Assembly (NCBI GenBank): GCA_017467445.1
Contig: JAFTSG010000005.1
Coordinates: 12,112-76,111 of the forward strand
Length of the DNA: 64,000 bases
From: Clostridia bacterium
Lineage (GTDB): Bacteria > Bacillota > Clostridia > RUG12999
Reading direction: 5' to 3'
Below the pieces are notes generated by a model. It was not told where the DNA came from. It searched no databases and saw only the letters and a program-made list of their open reading frames with translations. The position numbers and the translations under genes were made by a program. Below are positions 37,363 to 47,904 of this stretch, piece by piece. Numbering within the stretch: position 1 is the stretch's first letter; the number at the start of each line of letters is the position of its first letter.

Positions 37363-38130
37363 TTATATCGAATTTTTATTATAAAGTATATTAAGTCCTT
37401 TCAGGACAAGGTCTTCATCAAGGGTTATATCATGATTGCAGTATTTTACTATTGCGCCCGAAATTCCGCCTGTTGCAATTACAGGTAATTCTTCGCCCAT
37501 TTCGGCATTAAATCTGTCTATCATACCATCTATCATAGCCGCGTTTCCGAATACAACGCCCGAACGCATACAATCGGCGGTATTCTTTCCCGCTACTGAT
37601 TTTGGCGCTTCAAGGCTGATTTGTGGAAGCTGTGCAGTTCCGCGTGCAAGTGCCGCAAGTCCGATATTTACACCCGGAGCAATTGCCGCGCCGCAAAATG
37701 CGCCCGATTTATCCACAACCATAATTTTTGTTGCCGTTCCCATATCAATAACAAGTGACGGACTTCCGTAGATAAAATGCGCCGCAACGCAGGCACAGAT
37801 AAGGTCCGCACCAACGGTTGCCGGATCGTCACATTTGATGTTTATGCCTGTTTTTATTCCGGGACTCACCATAATCGGGTCAACGCCGTAAACCATTTTT
37901 ATTGCTTTTTTGATAATACTGTTAAGCGGCGGCACAACCGACGCTACAATAGCACCTTTTATTTCTGCCGGATTTATTTCATAAAGAGCAAGAATACTTC
38001 TTATCTTGGTTGCATACTCATCCTCGGTTTTGCCGGGATTTGTTGCAATTCTTGCCACAAACTTAAGGTCGTCCCCCTCAAATCCACCAAGTACAATATT
38101 TGTATTTCCTATATCAACCGCAAGTATCAT
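37363..38130 (-). CDS. coaX: Type III pantothenate kinase
   Basis: AVDIGNTN, SVVP, VGAD, DMGTAT, ATGG, L.GL. Confidence 0.95.
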   Translation of the reverse strand: MILAVDIGNTNIVLGGFEGDDLKFVARIATNPGKTEDEYATKIRSILALYEINPAEIKGAIVASVVPPLNSIIKKAIKMVYGVDPIMVSPGIKTGINIKCDDPATVGADLICACVAAHFIYGSPSLVIDMGTATKIMVVDKSGAFCGAAIAPGVNIGLAALARGTAQLPQISLEAPKSVAGKNTADCMRSGVVFGNAAMIDGMIDRFNAEMGEELPVIATGGISGAIVKYCNHDITLDEDLVLKGLNILYNKNSI

Positions 38131-38142
38131 AGCTATTCCTCT

Positions 38143-39330
38143 TTACTTTATTATTCCATACTTTAATTTAAGTTCAAGTATTTTTCTTACACTTTCATTT
38201 ATACGCTGCTCACTGATTTCGCCGTTTAATACAGCCTCTTCAATTCCCGCTGCCGCCAAGCGAAGTCGCATTGGCATAAGCAGAATATCCACCCCTGCTT
38301 TTACGGCTTTTACCGCAAGGTCGCCGGGCTCATACATATTCGCTACCGCTCCCATATTAAGTGCATCTGTAATTACAAGCCCATTAAACCCGAGTTCATT
38401 TTTAAGATAATCTGTAACAAACGCTTTCGAAACTGTTGCAGGAACATTTCCATCAATGTCGCTAACTGTCAGGTGACCCACCATTACTATATCGGCACCG
38501 GCTTCTATTCCCGCTTTGAACGGAAGAATTTCCGTTTTATCAATTTCTTCCTTTGTTTTTGTTATATAAGCAGGAGTGTCGTGAGAATCCTGATATGTGC
38601 TTCCGTGTCCGGGAAAATGCTTAAGCGTGCATATTATACCACCATCGTGAAAGCCTTTTACCGCACTTGACACAAGGACCCCTGCCTGCTCAAAATCATC
38701 ACTGTATGCTCTTTTTCCTATTACGGTGTTTTCCTTATTTGACCACACATCCGCAACGGGAGCAAAATCAAGGTTAAACCCAAGCGTCGCCATATTTTCG
38801 GCTATTGTTTTAGCATTTTCATATGCCGTATCCGTTCCCATATCTTTATATTCATACATATTTTCAAATAATGGAAACCCTGCATTTTCTTTCAGCCTTG
38901 CAACCTTGCCGCCTTCCTGGTCTACCGCAACAAACATTGGTATTTCCGATATTTTTGCCGTTTCCGCAATCAATGTTTTAATCTGGTTTGTGGAAGAAAT
39001 ATTTTCGCTGAAATATACAAGTCCGCCAACAGGAAAAGTTTCCAGACGTTCTTTAAGTGCAGGAGTAAGACTTTGTACATTGTCTTCGCCCGCCAGCATA
39101 TCCGGTGCAACAATAAACATCTGATACAGCTTTTCGCGAAGTGTCATACTCCCAAGAATTTCATCTACGCGGGATAAAACCGGTTTTTCATCCGGCACTT
39201 GCGTTACCTGAGGTGACGGAGAAATTACAGGTTCGGGTTGCGGCGCTTCCGGTTTAATAAGAAGCGCCACAGCAACAATAACCGCAATAATTATAACAAA
39301 AAACAGTATTTTTTTAAAATCAATTTTCAT
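38143..39330 (-). CDS. Membrane-anchored GH3 beta-N-acetylhexosaminidase (NagZ-like)
   Basis: DQEGGKVAR, FAPVAD, KHFPGHG..DSH, ITDALNM; N-terminal TM plus Pro-rich linker. Confidence 0.88.
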   Translation of the reverse strand: MKIDFKKILFFVIIIAVIVAVALLIKPEAPQPEPVISPSPQVTQVPDEKPVLSRVDEILGSMTLREKLYQMFIVAPDMLAGEDNVQSLTPALKERLETFPVGGLVYFSENISSTNQIKTLIAETAKISEIPMFVAVDQEGGKVARLKENAGFPLFENMYEYKDMGTDTAYENAKTIAENMATLGFNLDFAPVADVWSNKENTVIGKRAYSDDFEQAGVLVSSAVKGFHDGGIICTLKHFPGHGSTYQDSHDTPAYITKTKEEIDKTEILPFKAGIEAGADIVMVGHLTVSDIDGNVPATVSKAFVTDYLKNELGFNGLVITDALNMGAVANMYEPGDLAVKAVKAGVDILLMPMRLRLAAAGIEEAVLNGEISEQRINESVRKILELKLKYGIIK

Positions 39331-41287
39331 ACTCAATTACATATCCCATTTTGCCTTCATAGGTGGTTCTGAAAGGACTGTTGATAAGGTCGTTTCTCTG
39401 GTCGTTCCATGACCATCTGCCGCTTATTTTCCACAGCATAAGGTAGAATTCTTCTGCATTGTCGCTGTCAAATCTTGACGGTTCGCCCTCATTATACCAG
39501 TTCTGGTAAACAAACGGTTCGCCCATTACCCAGTGACCAACAGCTTTATTATTAGCATCATTTGTTGTGTATCCGCCAATCCAGAGACGTTCAACGCCGG
39601 AGCTTTCCGCAACTGCTATAATTTTTTCTTCCTCTTCCCTGCTTGCAATTGTAGCAAGGTGTCCACCTTTGTCAATACAAATTCTGTTTGCTTCTTCCCA
39701 TGTGATATCAGCTTTTATTACTTCATATCTCGAAGCGTGCTGCTGCTGTGAAACAGGAGTTACAGGTGTATATGTTCTGTCGCAGCTGCCTTTATATCCG
39801 CCACCACTTACCACAGCAATAATTCTTCTTTCGCTGTCCTGTGGGATTGATGCATCACTTATATATTTCACCTGATACAGGTTTTTCTGATCACGATATA
39901 TTTCATCATAAATTCTGCTCATTGAGGAAATGTCATCAATATGATGATATGTTCCGCCTGTTTCGTTTGCAATTCGGCGAAGGCTACTTTCTTTAAGTTG
40001 TCTGCCTACACCTATGGTATATACGGGAACACTTTTTTCTTTTGCAAGTCTTATAACGCTGTCTACAGTATTGTGACTTGCGGTATCATCACCGTCTGTA
40101 AATACAATAACACATCTTGCGCCGTTCTGCACGCTTGCATTCTGAATTGATCTGATAATAGCATCGTAGCAGGCAGTAAGACCGTATGGATGCATACTGT
40201 TAACACCGTTCATAAGATTATCTTTATTATTTGTAAACAGACACATCTGCATTACGTTTGTATCAAAAGAAACAATTTCAGCTTTATCGCCCGACGCAAA
40301 CTGAAGTTTTGACAAAAATGTATTGGTTGCATTTTTTATTTTTGTCATATCGGTTTCGGTGAGACTGCTGCTTCTGTCAAGCGCAAGACTTACGTTAAGA
40401 GCCGCATTCCCTTCTGCTTTTGCGGCATAAATAACATCACGTTCAAGATAATCGTTTATGTTAAGATATTCCCTTACTGCAAAAGATTTTGCAGTTAAGT
40501 TTTCAATAGGATTACCATATTCATCTGTTGCTCTTAGGAAAAGTGATATTTCGGGATATGCCTCTACGTTTGATGTTACAAAAGTAAGATTTGCAGAGGT
40601 TATTTCTTTTGCATCAAATTCAAAAGGAATTCCGAAATCAAGGTTTTTGTATTTTTTGAATACCATTTTGTTTTCAACATCATCTTCGTATCCGTCATAT
40701 GTTGCCGAATATGTAAGCTTATAGGTTTTGCCGTTCTTTTCAAGTGCCGATATCATAGCTGTGTCGGAATATTCGTCCACCACCGCAAAATCACTTTTTT
40801 TGTATTCTACATTACCATCTACTTCAAATTCAACCGTTACATTAGGATAATCATCTGAATTTGTTTTTATAATACTCGGTTTTGCCGCTACAATTTCTTT
40901 GATTTCTGCAAATATTTCTGTATACTGTGAGCCTTCTTCAAGCTTCATTTTGTTTATTTTCTTTGCTGCCGCGGCATAATCTACCGGCTCATCTTCAAGA
41001 ATTTCAACAACGTCTTCAATTATACCCTTTGCTTTTCCGTCAGAAACGGTTTTGGGACCGCTCAATACAAAGAATAAAACTACCGCCAGAATTACTGCAC
41101 CAATTGTACCAAGTGCCGCAATAAGCGATATGTTAGGTTTTTTCTTTATAACAGGTGTTTCCGGTGCAGGAACTACCGGCGCTGATTCTACAACCGGTTC
41201 TGCCACAGGCGCTTCAATTTTAGCTCCACAATTTTCACAAAATCTTCCGTCTTCCGGAAGGTCATGTCCACAGTTTGTACATTTCAT
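39320..41287 (-). CDS. Zinc-ribbon / TM / VWA / C-type lectin domain protein
   Basis: CTNCG..FCENCG; TM; MIDAS DRSSS, T, FTDG; C-type lectin TWEEA..C..GGHLATI..WIGG..EPS..WND. Confidence 0.85.
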   Translation of the reverse strand: MKCTNCGHDLPEDGRFCENCGAKIEAPVAEPVVESAPVVPAPETPVIKKKPNISLIAALGTIGAVILAVVLFFVLSGPKTVSDGKAKGIIEDVVEILEDEPVDYAAAAKKINKMKLEEGSQYTEIFAEIKEIVAAKPSIIKTNSDDYPNVTVEFEVDGNVEYKKSDFAVVDEYSDTAMISALEKNGKTYKLTYSATYDGYEDDVENKMVFKKYKNLDFGIPFEFDAKEITSANLTFVTSNVEAYPEISLFLRATDEYGNPIENLTAKSFAVREYLNINDYLERDVIYAAKAEGNAALNVSLALDRSSSLTETDMTKIKNATNTFLSKLQFASGDKAEIVSFDTNVMQMCLFTNNKDNLMNGVNSMHPYGLTACYDAIIRSIQNASVQNGARCVIVFTDGDDTASHNTVDSVIRLAKEKSVPVYTIGVGRQLKESSLRRIANETGGTYHHIDDISSMSRIYDEIYRDQKNLYQVKYISDASIPQDSERRIIAVVSGGGYKGSCDRTYTPVTPVSQQQHASRYEVIKADITWEEANRICIDKGGHLATIASREEEEKIIAVAESSGVERLWIGGYTTNDANNKAVGHWVMGEPFVYQNWYNEGEPSRFDSDNAEEFYLMLWKISGRWSWNDQRNDLINSPFRTTYEGKMGYVIEYEN

Positions 41288-41432
41288 ATTAAAAATCCCC
41301 CTTAACTTATTTGAAATCAAACAATTTAATGCAAATATTATATCACAAACCCACATTGAAATCAAGTTTTATGTTTATATGCTTGAATTTGTGCTTCGGG
41401 TGTGATACAATATTATTTATGGAGGTGGCATT

Positions 41433-41972
41433 ATGCGAGCTGCTTTAAATAAAGACTTCAACATAAAAATTGCTTTATTATATATAATTGACAAATTCGG
41501 CGGCAAAGCTTCCGATGTGCAAATTACGGAGGTTTTCTCGAACGTTTGCGGCACAAACTATTTTTCAATGAAACAATGCGAATATGAGCTTGAAAAAGAA
41601 GCTTTTATCCATAGCTATTACTATGAAAATGAGCTTTATTATCTTATCACCGAACGAGGAAGCGAAGCTCTTTCGTTTATGTCCGAAAGGCTCATACATT
41701 CACTGCGCACAGAAATTACAGAATTTGTCAAGAATTATTCGTGCAAAGGCAAAACCAAAGAATTCATAAGCGAAGCCGTACCTGTTTCCGACCTTGACTA
41801 TAACGTTCATATCAAATATGACGAGTTCAATATGCCGTCACTTGAGCTTTCGTTCCGTGCAGGCGGCAGAAAAGAAGCAACGGCACTTGCAAAGCTTCTT
41901 GAAAAGCACAAGGAAAAGATTTATAAAGACCTTTACAATTATATCATTAATCTTACAAACGAAGAGGAGTAA
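41433..41972 (+). CDS. DUF4364-like wHTH protein
   Basis: KIALLYII..QIT..NYF..Y.ITERG.EAL pattern; GGAGG RBS. Confidence 0.7.
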   Translation: MRAALNKDFNIKIALLYIIDKFGGKASDVQITEVFSNVCGTNYFSMKQCEYELEKEAFIHSYYYENELYYLITERGSEALSFMSERLIHSLRTEITEFVKNYSCKGKTKEFISEAVPVSDLDYNVHIKYDEFNMPSLELSFRAGGRKEATALAKLLEKHKEKIYKDLYNYIINLTNEEE

Positions 41973-41978
41973 TGAATT

Positions 41979-42479
41979 TTGTACATATTTGCACAGATTA
42001 TAGGAATTGCGGCACTTTGCTGTGCCGTATGCTCGTTTCAGCAGAATAATCACAAGAAAATACTGTTTTTCCAGATTTTATCGGGATTACTTTTTACAAT
42101 TCACTTCACTTTAATTAGTGCTACGCTCGGCGGTGTGCTGAACTTTTTCGGTATGCTCCGCAGTATTGTTTTTTACAATAAAGATAAAAAATGGGCCGAG
42201 GGTTCAAAATGGCTGTATATTTTCAGCGGCATATTTATTATAACGGGCATCTTATTCTGGGAAGGTCCTATCAGCCTGTTTCCCATGGTATCTATGGTTA
42301 TTTCAACCATATGCTTCTGGGTTACAAACCCAAAAAAAGTGCGTCTTCTTATGCTTCCGGCATCGCCGCTGTGGATGGTGTATAACCTGATAAATAAATC
42401 CATAGGCGGTTTCCTTACAGAAACATTTGTGCTTTGCTCGGTTATCATAGGTATGATAAGATTTGATAGAAAAGCTTGA
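41979..42479 (+). CDS. YgjV-family inner membrane protein
   Basis: QIIG..SFQ..K.IL.FQ..HF..; W.VYN. Confidence 0.75.
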   Translation: MYIFAQIIGIAALCCAVCSFQQNNHKKILFFQILSGLLFTIHFTLISATLGGVLNFFGMLRSIVFYNKDKKWAEGSKWLYIFSGIFIITGILFWEGPISLFPMVSMVISTICFWVTNPKKVRLLMLPASPLWMVYNLINKSIGGFLTETFVLCSVIIGMIRFDRKA

Positions 42480-42504
42480 CAAAGCTCAATATGTGTTGTA
42501 TAAT
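42476..42504 (+). promoter_or_regulatory. Sigma-A promoter
   Basis: Perfect TTGACA-17-TATAAT upstream of the glycine riboswitch. Confidence 0.75.
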
Positions 42505-42529
42505 GTTAAAGGTTAAAATTTAATAGATA

Positions 42530-42705
42530 GCTATGTGAAGTTTGCAGGGGAAGCAAATTTGCTGCCGAAGGAGTAAAACTCTCAGGCGCCTCATACTCGG
42601 GGCAGGGACTGCATACGGATAGCTCTCCGGAGAACCCTGAATAAGTCAGGTGCCGAAGGTGCAAGGCAAATTAAGCCAAATCTCTCAGGCAAAAGGACGG
42701 AAGTA
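42530..42705 (+). ncRNA. Tandem glycine riboswitch
   Basis: Two aptamers, each with GCCGAAGG and CTCTCAGG, the second ending AAAAGGAC; upstream of an Ala/Gly symporter. Confidence 0.93.
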
Positions 42706-42741
42706 AAAACCCTGTAATCGGGTTTTGTTTGTTTGTCTTTT

Positions 42742-42770
42742 AGAGTTGGTATGCACCAACTCTTTTTTAT
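42742..42770 (+). terminator. Riboswitch expression-platform terminator
   Basis: AGAGTTGGT-ATGC-ACCAACTCT-TTTTT. Confidence 0.75.
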
Positions 42771-42801
42771 TTATATATAATTTTGTAAAGGGGATAGAAT
42801 T

Positions 42802-44340
42802 ATGACATTCTTACAGTCACTTGAGCACTACAACGGTATTGTCAATACCTTTGTATGGACAACTCTCGGTCTTGTGCTCTTACTCGCAACGGGTGTACTT
42901 ACAACCATTCTCACAAAATTTTTCCAGATTTCACATATTGGTATGTGGTGGAAAAACACTATCGGTAGTTTATTTAAAAAAGATGTAATCGGTCATTCAA
43001 AAGACAAAAAATCCATTTCACCGTTCCAGGCGCTTTGTACCGCACTTGCGGCAACAATCGGTGTTGGTAACATTGCCGGGGTTGCATCTGCAATTGCAAT
43101 CGGCGGACCGGGTGCTGTTTTCTGGATGTGGGTTGCAGCATTTTTCGGCATGATGACAAACTATTCTGAAAACGTTCTCGGTATTTATTATAGAAGAAGA
43201 AATGCAGACGGCGAATGGTCAGGCGGTGCAATGTACTACCTCCGCGACGGTCTTGGAAAATTAAAAGGCTGTAAATGGGTTGGAAAAACACTTGCTGTTC
43301 TTTTCTCAATTTTCACACTCCTTGCATCCTTCGGTATCGGTGCAATGGGTCAGGTAAACAAAATTGTTTTAAACCTCGAATCTGCATTCCGTATTGACGC
43401 ACTTGCAAACATTCAGGTTTTCGACGGCGTATCTCTTTATGCGGTTATTCTTGGTATAATCCTTGTTATTATTGCAGGCCTTATTGTTCTTGGCGGTCTT
43501 AAAAGAATTGCCAACTTTGCAGAAAAGGTTGTACCGTTTATGGTTGTACTCTTTATCATCGGCAGTGTAACAATTGTTGCTGTAAATTATGCCAACATTC
43601 TCCCTGCGTTCAAAGCAATATTTGCAACAGCATTCAAACCTGTTGCGGTTGCCGGCGGTGTAACAGGTGCACTTATTAAAACCGTTATGGTACAGGGTTT
43701 CAAACGTGGTGTATTCTCCAACGAAGCAGGTCTTGGTTCTTCCGTAATGGTACACTCCAACTCCAATGTTAAAGAACCTGTAAAACAGGGTATGTGGGGT
43801 ATTTTTGAAGTGTTTGCGGATACAATGGTTGTATGTACACTTACAGCTCTTGTAGTTCTTACATCAGGTGTATATCCAAACCTTTATGCTCCGGTAGGTT
43901 CAGTAACCGACAGCCCGACAATGGTTGCAGATGCATTCAACACCGTATTCGGTTTCTGGAACATAGGTGGAAAATTCATTGCTATTGCAATATTCCTGTT
44001 TGCTTTTACAACAGTTCTCGGCTGGGACCACTACGGCTCAAAGGCATGGGAATATCTGTTTGGTACGAAAACAGTAAAACTGTATAAGGTTCTTCACCTT
44101 GTAACCATTATGCTCGGTGCGCTCCTTACATCATCACTTGCATGGGACATTTCCGATACATTCAACGGTCTTATGATGATACCCAACTTAATTGGTGTTA
44201 TCGTTCTTTCTCCGCTTGTAATGAAAATCACAAGCAACTACATAAAGAGAAAGAAAAAAGGTGCTGATGTAAAACCAATGCTTTCAGTATTTGAAGATAT
44301 TCAGTCGGCTCACGAAAAAGAGCTTTCTGAAGAAGAATAA
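42802..44340 (+). CDS. Sodium:alanine/glycine symporter (AGCS family)
   Basis: ATIGVGNIAGVA..GGPGAVFWMW, RGVFSNEAGLGS, MMIPNL. Confidence 0.95.
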   Translation: MTFLQSLEHYNGIVNTFVWTTLGLVLLLATGVLTTILTKFFQISHIGMWWKNTIGSLFKKDVIGHSKDKKSISPFQALCTALAATIGVGNIAGVASAIAIGGPGAVFWMWVAAFFGMMTNYSENVLGIYYRRRNADGEWSGGAMYYLRDGLGKLKGCKWVGKTLAVLFSIFTLLASFGIGAMGQVNKIVLNLESAFRIDALANIQVFDGVSLYAVILGIILVIIAGLIVLGGLKRIANFAEKVVPFMVVLFIIGSVTIVAVNYANILPAFKAIFATAFKPVAVAGGVTGALIKTVMVQGFKRGVFSNEAGLGSSVMVHSNSNVKEPVKQGMWGIFEVFADTMVVCTLTALVVLTSGVYPNLYAPVGSVTDSPTMVADAFNTVFGFWNIGGKFIAIAIFLFAFTTVLGWDHYGSKAWEYLFGTKTVKLYKVLHLVTIMLGALLTSSLAWDISDTFNGLMMIPNLIGVIVLSPLVMKITSNYIKRKKKGADVKPMLSVFEDIQSAHEKELSEEE

Positions 44341-44345
44341 AAACC

Positions 44346-44375
44346 AAAAAACCCCGCCATCGGCGGGGTTTTTTG
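44346..44375 (+). terminator. Intrinsic terminator
   Basis: AAAAAACCCCGCC-ATC-GGCGGGGTTTTTT. Confidence 0.85.
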
Positions 44376-44376
44376 T

Positions 44377-44405
44377 TTGACAAACTTCTACTTATGTGAT
44401 ACAAT
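44377..44405 (+). promoter_or_regulatory. Sigma-A promoter of azlCD
   Basis: TTGACA-17-TACAAT with TGn extension. Confidence 0.7.
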
Positions 44406-44441
44406 TTTTGCTTAGGAATACGACACTTTTTTGGAGGAAAA

Positions 44442-45152
44442 ATGAAAGAAAATACATATCTTCGCGGACTTAAGAACGGTCTTGCAATAGGGCTTGGTTA
44501 CCTTTCCGTTTCGTTCGGATTCGGTATTACCGCCGTGGGCAAAGGTCTTTCGGGTCTTGAGGCAATTCTTATATCAATGACAAATTTAACATCGGCAGGT
44601 CAGCTTGCCGGAATTACGGTAATTGCCGCGTGCGGCAGCGTGCTTGAGCTTATGCTGACCCAGCTTATTATCAACCTGCGTTACTGTCTTATGGGGCTTG
44701 CGCTTACGCAAAAGCTTGATAATAGCTTCTCCACACTTCACCGTCTTTTTATTTCGTTTGGTATAACGGACGAAATTTTTGCCGTTGCATCTGCTGAAAA
44801 AGGAAGTTTAAACCGGCGGTTTATGTACGGACTTATAACACTTCCTTACATAGGCTGGGCGCTTGGCACGACGCTTGGCGCATTTGCAGGGCAAATCCTG
44901 CCGGAAAGCGTTTGCAGCGCACTCGGTATTGCAATCTACAGTATGTTTATTGCAATTATCATCCCCGATACAAAAACCGAAAAAGGCGTCCTTCTGGCAG
45001 TGATTTTATCCTCCGCTTTAAGCTGTATTTTCTATTTTGTGCCATGGTTTTCATGGTTGCCGCAAGGATTTGCAATTATAATATGCGCGGTTCTGGTATC
45101 TGCCGTTCTGGCATACTTTTTCCCAAAAAACTTTGAGGAGGAAGAAGCATGA
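44442..45152 (+). CDS. azlC: AzlC-family branched-chain amino acid exporter
   Basis: SAGQLA, INLRY, TDEIFA. Confidence 0.9.
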   Translation: MKENTYLRGLKNGLAIGLGYLSVSFGFGITAVGKGLSGLEAILISMTNLTSAGQLAGITVIAACGSVLELMLTQLIINLRYCLMGLALTQKLDNSFSTLHRLFISFGITDEIFAVASAEKGSLNRRFMYGLITLPYIGWALGTTLGAFAGQILPESVCSALGIAIYSMFIAIIIPDTKTEKGVLLAVILSSALSCIFYFVPWFSWLPQGFAIIICAVLVSAVLAYFFPKNFEEEEA

Positions 45153-45451
45153 CAAACTTTTTTATATATTTACTCGCCATGGCAGGCGTAACATACCTTA
45201 TCCGTATGCTTCCGTTTACCTTTATGCGAAAGAAAATAAAATCAGTGTTTATACGAAGCTTTTTGTATTATGTCCCCTATGCCGTTCTCGGTGCAATGAC
45301 GTTTCCGTATATTTTCTATTCAACAGGAAATGTAATCACCGCATCGGCAGGCGCGGCCTGCGCACTTGTTCTTGCATATTTTAACCGTTCACTTATTACC
45401 GTTGCAGTATGCTCGTCAGTAATTGCATTTATAACAGGATTATTAATATAA
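45149..45451 (+). CDS. azlD: AzlD-domain protein
   Basis: VTYLIRMLPF, FLYYVPYAVL; overlaps the azlC stop. Confidence 0.88.
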   Translation: MTNFFIYLLAMAGVTYLIRMLPFTFMRKKIKSVFIRSFLYYVPYAVLGAMTFPYIFYSTGNVITASAGAACALVLAYFNRSLITVAVCSSVIAFITGLLI

Positions 45452-45482
45452 AAAAGAGTTGCTAAAAAGCAACTCTTTTTTG
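45450..45482. terminator. Bidirectional terminator
   Basis: AAAAAAGAGTTGCT-AAAA-AGCAACTCTTTTTT. Confidence 0.85.
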
Positions 45483-45504
45483 TTAGTTTGACAAATCATT
45501 AGTT

Positions 45505-46794
45505 TTATTTGTTTTTTGCGGCATCAAGTTTATGCTGACGTCTGTGTTTAACTTCGTGCGGAATCGGTTTAATATCGCCTGCTGCCTGAAGTGCCTGACG
45601 TGTAAGAAGCGGACCTACAAGTTCATATATAAGCACCGCAAAAAGTGTTATATTTCTTATAAGACTTCCCTGCTCACCAAGTTGCATTGCTGTGGCGCAC
45701 ATTCCAAGCGCAACCCCTGCCTGCGGCAAAAGTGTAATACCAAGGTATTTACAGATGCTGGGCGAACATTTTGTAAGCTTTGCACTTCCCATTGCACCGA
45801 AATATTTACCGAGCGAACGGAAAATGATATATACAGCACCGATAATTACGATTGCCATATCCATAAACACGCCAAGTTCAAGTTCCGCACCGCTTATTAC
45901 GAAAAACAGCGCCAAAAGCGGCGTTGACCATTTATCCGCTCTTTCCATAAGGTCATGTGAAAGCGGACAAATATTGCAGAATACTGTACCAAGCATCATA
46001 CAAACAAGAAGTGATGAAAAGCTTATATGTACGGGTCCTATATGGAAATCAATCATAGAAAGTGCAACCGTCGCAAATACAAACGCAATTGTCATATTAA
46101 GACGATTTGTGTTTGAGTTGAACATTTTTTCAAGCTGGGTAAGTACCCATCCCATTATTGTCCCAAGTCCGAGAGAAGCTATAATTTCCACAAGCGGATT
46201 TACAATGATTGAGATAAAATCAATTTGGTTTGTAACAAGTGTTTTTGCGATACCGAAAGATACTGCAAATACAACAAGACCAACCGCATCATCAAGAGCA
46301 ACTATAGGCAGAAGCAGTCTTGTAAGCGGACCGTCTGCTTTGTACTGACGGACAACCATAAGTGTTGCTGCGGGAGCTGTTGCTGTTGCAATTGCACCAA
46401 GCACAATTACCTGCGGAAGTGTAAGTTTATCCGGCATTGCAAGATGCACAAGATAAAGCGCAATATCAACAAGAAGTGTAGCCACAAGTGCCTGAGGTAT
46501 ACCGATTACCGTTGCCGCTTTACCCGTTTTTTTAAGCTCTTCAAGATGAAATTCGCTTCCGATTGAAAATGCAATAAAGCCAAGCGCTACTTCGGAAACA
46601 AGTTTAAGTGCTTCCACAGCTTCACCCGATGCAAATCCAAAACCTTCTATTCCCAGTCTGCCGATGCAGTACGGACCGATAAGTACGCCGGCAATAAGAT
46701 ATGCCGTTACTGACGGCAATTTAAGCGGTTTAAACGCTCTTGTCATAAGAAGTCCGGCAAGCAGTGCCACCGAAACTGATAACAATGTGCTCAT
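45505..46794 (-). CDS. Cation:proton antiporter (CPA2 family)
   Basis: LPSVTAYLIAGVLIGP, ATAPAAT, ALDD, PQAGVA. Confidence 0.9.
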   Translation of the reverse strand: MSTLLSVSVALLAGLLMTRAFKPLKLPSVTAYLIAGVLIGPYCIGRLGIEGFGFASGEAVEALKLVSEVALGFIAFSIGSEFHLEELKKTGKAATVIGIPQALVATLLVDIALYLVHLAMPDKLTLPQVIVLGAIATATAPAATLMVVRQYKADGPLTRLLLPIVALDDAVGLVVFAVSFGIAKTLVTNQIDFISIIVNPLVEIIASLGLGTIMGWVLTQLEKMFNSNTNRLNMTIAFVFATVALSMIDFHIGPVHISFSSLLVCMMLGTVFCNICPLSHDLMERADKWSTPLLALFFVISGAELELGVFMDMAIVIIGAVYIIFRSLGKYFGAMGSAKLTKCSPSICKYLGITLLPQAGVALGMCATAMQLGEQGSLIRNITLFAVLIYELVGPLLTRQALQAAGDIKPIPHEVKHRRQHKLDAAKNK

Positions 46795-46924
46795 AATTTT
46801 CTCTTCTTTCTCTTAATTTTCAAATACCACTATATTTTACAACAATCCTATGTAAAATGTCAACAATTTAATACATAAAAAAGCAGTTTTGCATTAGCGT
46901 TTCTTTAGCAAAACTGCCGATTAA

Positions 46925-47803
46925 TTATTCACCAAGTCCAAATTCACGTTCAATAAGATTAACCGTTATCCCGATATTAAGCTCCATTGCATCAATCGGA
47001 TAAACCTCCTCGATATATCCGTGATAAAACTTATCCTTGAACATCTGGGCTACCTCTTCTTTAGAACACCCGTTTTTAAGCATTTCCACCATTTTTTCTG
47101 TTGTTTCAATAAGCGTCGGTTTTGCTTTTCCAAGATAAATTTTGGTTTCGTTTTCGTTAAGCACGCCGTAGTGCGGCGCGAGCACCTTGAGAGTATCAAG
47201 TGCCAGTACTTTATCTATGGATTCAAGCGCCATATTATATCCCACAAGCACCGACGGCACAACATCGTCTTTTCCGTTGAAAACTCCAATGGTTTCACAG
47301 CTTAAAAGAAGTTTTTCCGCTTTGCAATAATATCCGACTGAGCATTTTGTATGCCCCGGCAAATTGATTACCGTAAATTCCATATCCCCTGCTTTAACCA
47401 CATCGCCTTCAGCAACCGGAATGTCTACACGAAGATTGTCAATTTGATCTTCATAGCTATCCACCCCGCAGGTTTTTGCAAACTTACTGTCAAGGTCCTG
47501 CATTACGGCTTTTGCTGTAGGTTTGGCAAAAATTTTTGCCGCATATTCCCCTGCAACAACCTTTGCGTCCGGCCAGTATTCCAGCGCATATGCTGCACCG
47601 TATGCGTGGTCGTAATGAGAATGTGTAAGGAAAATATAATCGAGGCTTCTCTCCCCAAGTATGCTTTTTATTTTATCAGCTACGGCATATCCCGTAAACC
47701 CGAATCCCGAATCGTACATTATTGCAGTTTTGCCGTCATCAAGTAAAAACGCACTGTCGCCGGGATTAACTCTTATATCTGTTATTTTAATCATTGTTTT
47801 CAC
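46925..47803 (-). CDS. Metallo-beta-lactamase-fold hydrolase
   Basis: THSHYDH, PGHT, PH motifs. Confidence 0.85.
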   Translation of the reverse strand: MKTMIKITDIRVNPGDSAFLLDDGKTAIMYDSGFGFTGYAVADKIKSILGERSLDYIFLTHSHYDHAYGAAYALEYWPDAKVVAGEYAAKIFAKPTAKAVMQDLDSKFAKTCGVDSYEDQIDNLRVDIPVAEGDVVKAGDMEFTVINLPGHTKCSVGYYCKAEKLLLSCETIGVFNGKDDVVPSVLVGYNMALESIDKVLALDTLKVLAPHYGVLNENETKIYLGKAKPTLIETTEKMVEMLKNGCSKEEVAQMFKDKFYHGYIEEVYPIDAMELNIGITVNLIEREFGLGE

Positions 47804-47857
47804 CTTCCATATTTAACCTGTATTATATATTTTATCACACATTTCGCCATATTGCAA

Positions 47858-47894
47858 GAAAAAAGGCGCTTTGCAAAATGCAAAGCACCTTTTT
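47858..47894 (-). terminator. Terminator after the DUF1874-like gene
   Basis: AAAAGGCGCTTTGCA-AAA-TGCAAAGCACCTTTT. Confidence 0.75.
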
Positions 47895-47904
47895 ATTTTT
47901 AGGG

